DNA of 10,043 nucleotides from a virus, in the UHGV virus genome UHGV-2022489, one strand, 5' to 3'. Positions 7,939 through 10,043 of this stretch are shown piece by piece (the stretch's first letter is position 1; the number at the start of each line of letters is the position of its first letter). The notes under the pieces are model-generated. The model searched no databases. It saw only the letters and a list, made by a program, of their open reading frames with translations, and was not told the origin of the DNA. The position numbers and the translations under genes are program-made.

Positions 7939-8733
7939 ATGAAGCCAGAAAAAGCTATCGAGATATTAAAAAGACAACGGGAGCAAATCCCAGCAATACA
8001 AAATGAACGAAGGAGTACAGGAAATAACCCAAGTTTTAACTTGTGGCAAAGAAACACTAAGACCGCCATATCAAAAATATTTGGTGAAGAGTCAGATCAC
8101 AAAAAAGAATTTGGCTCAATTCGATACTCTTTAATGGCATTTGTTGGTGATACACCAGATTATGTTTTCGATAACGCATTTTGTAGTGGTTTAGATGAAG
8201 CACATTCTCTTCTTACGTCTATGATCGCTGAGATTGAAGAATATGGAATTGACGGAAATTTCATAGAGACAAAAAATGATGCCGTAGCTCTTGTTGAACT
8301 AATTTGCCATCAATTTCATAAGGTTGCAAGACAGCTACAGCAACGACACGATAATAGACAAACCATTGAAATAAATGACGAATATGACGTTCAGGATTTA
8401 TTTCATGCTCTTTTGAAGATTCATTTCGAGGATGTCAGACCAGAAGAATATACGCCAAGCTATGCAGGATCTTCAACACGAGTTGACTTCTTGTTAAAGA
8501 ATGAAAAAATCATTATCGAGTTAAAGAAAACGAGAAAAAATCTCAAGCAAAAAGAAGTTGGTGAGCAATTAATTGTTGATATAGCTCATTATCAAACGCA
8601 TCCTGATTGCGAAACTTTAGTGTGTTTTGTATATGACCCTGAAGGTAGAATTGCCAATCCAATTGGTGTGGAGAATGACCTTGAGCGTTGTACAAATTCA
8701 ATTTCGGTAAAAGTAATAATCTCACCAAAATAA
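7939..8733 (+). CDS. Hypothetical two-domain protein, 264 aa, with a candidate PD-(D/E)xK nuclease motif in the C-terminal half
   Basis: GAGGAAAG RBS upstream of the ATG. C-terminal region contains an acidic helix (EYDVQDLF, FEDV), then RVD183FLL and, 10 residues later, IIE194LK196, matching the D...(D/E)xK arrangement of restriction-endonuclease-fold nucleases. The N-terminal half is helical-looking and contains R131-x5-H137. Family not identified. Confidence 0.7.
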   Translation: MKPEKAIEILKRQREQIPAIQNERRSTGNNPSFNLWQRNTKTAISKIFGEESDHKKEFGSIRYSLMAFVGDTPDYVFDNAFCSGLDEAHSLLTSMIAEIEEYGIDGNFIETKNDAVALVELICHQFHKVARQLQQRHDNRQTIEINDEYDVQDLFHALLKIHFEDVRPEEYTPSYAGSSTRVDFLLKNEKIIIELKKTRKNLKQKEVGEQLIVDIAHYQTHPDCETLVCFVYDPEGRIANPIGVENDLERCTNSISVKVIISPK

Positions 8734-8743
8734 AAGGACATAT

Positions 8744-9010
8744 ATGGCTACTGTAGATGATGTTGCACAATGGATGAAATCAGAGCTGGAAAACACAAAC
8801 TGGCTATATCAAGAAACTGTTGTATATAAAATAAAAGAGTTATTTGGCGATACTTTCGTATATTTGAATGCTAATGGAAATTTATCCATTGATAAAAAAG
8901 TATTAGCGAAATTTAGAAAGCTAACTAATGACACGGTTATATGGGAGAGAGGTGAAAAAGCATGGCGAAAAAGACAAGGTTATGATGCCCCTGGTCGACA
9001 GCAGGACTAA
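8744..9010 (+). CDS. Small hypothetical protein, 88 aa, translationally coupled to the upstream 264-aa gene; basic C-terminus
   Basis: Starts 10 nt after the upstream stop with AAGGA in the gap; followed within about 35 nt by a strong terminator. No recognisable motif. Confidence 0.65.
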   Translation: MATVDDVAQWMKSELENTNWLYQETVVYKIKELFGDTFVYLNANGNLSIDKKVLAKFRKLTNDTVIWERGEKAWRKRQGYDAPGRQQD

Positions 9011-9044
9011 ATAATTGGTTCGCACAATGACGTTATGCTAAAGA

Positions 9045-9080
9045 GGCCGCTGCGGGATTCGATCTTCGCAGCGGCCTTTT
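9045..9080 (+). terminator. Rho-independent terminator ending the two-gene cargo operon
   Basis: Perfect 10-bp GC-rich stem (GGCCGCTGCG, 12-nt loop, CGCAGCGGCC) followed by TTTT. Confidence 0.75.
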
Positions 9081-9110
9081 CAACATAACGAGTCGTACAT
9101 TATGCGCACT
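9078..9110. other. Candidate dif-like XerC/XerD recombination site (possible prophage attachment junction)
   Basis: TTATGCGCACt (9100-9110) matches the reverse complement of the E. coli dif XerC arm (TTATGCGCACC) at 10/11. tTTcAACATAA (9078-9088) matches the XerD arm (ATTTAACATAA) at 9/11. The intervening 11 bp is longer than the 6-bp dif core. The dif sequence is recalled from memory. Confidence 0.4.
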
Positions 9111-9259
9111 CATGTTGTAGTAGCCAACTTGAGATGTCCGTCTCTGACCAAATAGACATGTCCGCGCTACAGTCTCACCACAGCGATCACTGCTTTTAAA
9201 GATAGTTTCCCAATCAAAGGATTCTGATGACGGATCATGCACCGGCATTTTTACTTTGG

Positions 9260-9537
9260 ATGAAGTTAACCGACTCTAAATCATTCATGACGTTGTCGAC
9301 CGGCGTCTGACCACTCAGATGGCCGCGCAGCGCCTGGGTATTCCCGATCGTCAGTGCCGATGCCTTCTCTCGCGTTACAATCAATCAGGCCCACTGAGTA
9401 TGCCTAACCGCCGTCGTGGATAACCCAGCAATAACCAGCTGCCTGATGGTCTTGCCCGGTACGCACTCAATATTATCCGCGAATGCTATACCGACTTTGG
9501 ACCTAGGCTGGCGTATGAGAATGTTGTCTACTTGTGA
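9260..9537 (+). pseudogene. Decayed N-terminal fragment of an IS transposase (HTH region only; frameshift near 9280 and in-frame TAA at 9421-9423; C-terminal catalytic domain absent)
   Basis: Translation reads ...VVDRRLTTQMAAQRLGIPDRQCRCLLSRYNQSGPLSMPNRRRG*PSNNQLPDGLARYALNIIRECYTDFGPRLAYENVVYL*, resembling the conserved N-terminal HTH region of IS481/ISNCY-like transposases (recalled pattern ...RLL.RY...G...L.H.NRG.PSN..L...YADFGP.LA.EKL). An ATG at 9260-9262 (MKLTDSKSF) is in a different frame from the HTH segment. Confidence 0.55.
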
Positions 9538-9640
9538 AAAAAACTCATAACACCATTCAATGGCGCATGCTGGTTCCCTTCATACCAGTGCAATACCCTG
9601 TCACATACATAATTGCTGGCAATAAAAGAAGGAACACCGA

Positions 9641-10043
9641 ATGAAGTATGTGAATCTGGGTCGTAGCGGGTTGAAAGTCTCCCGTCTTTGTCTCGGTTGT
9701 ATGAGTTATGGCGAACCTGAACGTTTGCCTCAACCCTGGTCCCTGGATGAAAAGGCGTCACGACCGCTCATTCGTCAGGCGCTTGAAGCCGGCATTAATT
9801 TTTTTGATACCGCGAATATCTACTCGGGCGGTAGTTCAGAAGAAATTACAGGAAAAGCGCTGAGAGAGATGGCCAGACGCGACGAGATAGTTGTAGCGAC
9901 AAAGACCTTCTTTCCGTGGCGCAACTCACCCAATACCGGGTTTCTTTCCCGCAAGGCCATTTTTCAGTCTATTGACGATAGCCTGATGCGCTTAGGCATG
10001 GATTATGTGGATCTCTTTCAGATTCATCGCTTTGACTACTCCA
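9641..10043 (+). CDS. Aldo-keto reductase, YajO-like (5' portion; CDS continues beyond the window end)
   Basis: Absent from the ORF track because no stop lies inside the window. ATG at 9641 preceded by AAGAAGGAA. Translation MKYVNLGRSGLKVSRLCLGCMSYGEPERLPQPWSLDEKASRPLIRQALEAGINFFDTANIYSGGSSEEITGKALREMARRDEIVVATKTFFPW...MRLGMDYVDLFQIHRFDYS carries AKR hallmarks (LG.S.L.VS.L.LGCM at the N-terminus; GINFFDTA.iY; DYVDL.QIHR.D) and closely resembles E. coli YajO as I recall it. Confidence 0.85.
   Translation, partial: MKYVNLGRSGLKVSRLCLGCMSYGEPERLPQPWSLDEKASRPLIRQALEAGINFFDTANIYSGGSSEEITGKALREMARRDEIVVATKTFFPWRNSPNTGFLSRKAIFQSIDDSLMRLGMDYVDLFQIHRFDYS

Larger units (their letters stand above)
948..9110 (-). 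mobile_element. Integrated filamentous (inovirus-type) prophage: core 948-7349, putative cargo extending to about 9110; left boundary unresolved
   Basis: Contiguous Rep, ssDNA-binding-like, coat, pIII-like, pI/Zot-like and secretin genes with overlapping or coupled junctions, a divergent HTH repressor, no integrase, and a dif-like site at the right edge. Host-type genes (IS relic, aldo-keto reductase) follow immediately. Confidence 0.75.

Noticed and set aside
8543-8770. Minus-strand ORF 8543..8770 (75 aa)
   Set aside because: Antisense across the junction of the coupled 264-aa and 88-aa genes; no RBS; the sense genes have better support.
9033-9248. Minus-strand ORF 9033..9248 (71 aa)
   Set aside because: Runs through the terminator hairpin and the dif-like site; more plausibly non-coding junction sequence.
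9528-9761. Minus-strand ORF 9528..9761 (77 aa)
   Set aside because: Antisense to the 5' end of the aldo-keto reductase gene, which has a clear RBS and conserved motifs.
1-10043. CRISPR arrays, tRNA or rRNA genes, integrase genes
   Set aside because: I saw no regularly spaced direct repeats, no tRNA-like conserved T-arm sequence near the junctions, and no ORF with recombinase features. I could not run dedicated detection tools.

Overview
Most of this window (about 948-7349, all on the minus strand except the repressor) is an integrated filamentous (inovirus-type) prophage with a CTXphi/Ff-like gene order: rolling-circle Rep, small ssDNA-binding-like protein, 83-aa membrane-anchored protein, pVIII-like major coat, pIII-like adsorption protein, pI/Zot-like assembly NTPase and pIV secretin, with a divergently transcribed XRE-family HTH repressor. 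No integrase or tyrosine recombinase is present. Right of the repressor lies a cargo region: a 4-TM membrane protein (7449-7871) and a tightly coupled two-gene operon (7939-9010) encoding a 264-aa protein with a PD-(D/E)xK-like nuclease motif and an 88-aa partner. I cannot assign these to a named family from memory; this is my best candidate for an undescribed defence or toxin-antitoxin-like module. The cargo ends at a strong hairpin terminator followed immediately by a dif-like (XerC/XerD-type) site at about 9078-9110, which would fit host XerCD-mediated integration. Beyond that are a decayed IS transposase N-terminal fragment (frameshift plus internal stop) and the 5' part of a YajO-like aldo-keto reductase gene that runs off the window and is absent from the ORF track. 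The left 950 bp hold a structured non-coding region and a small unassigned ORF; the left prophage boundary is not resolved. All assignments rest on reading the translations and sequence by eye, with no database search.
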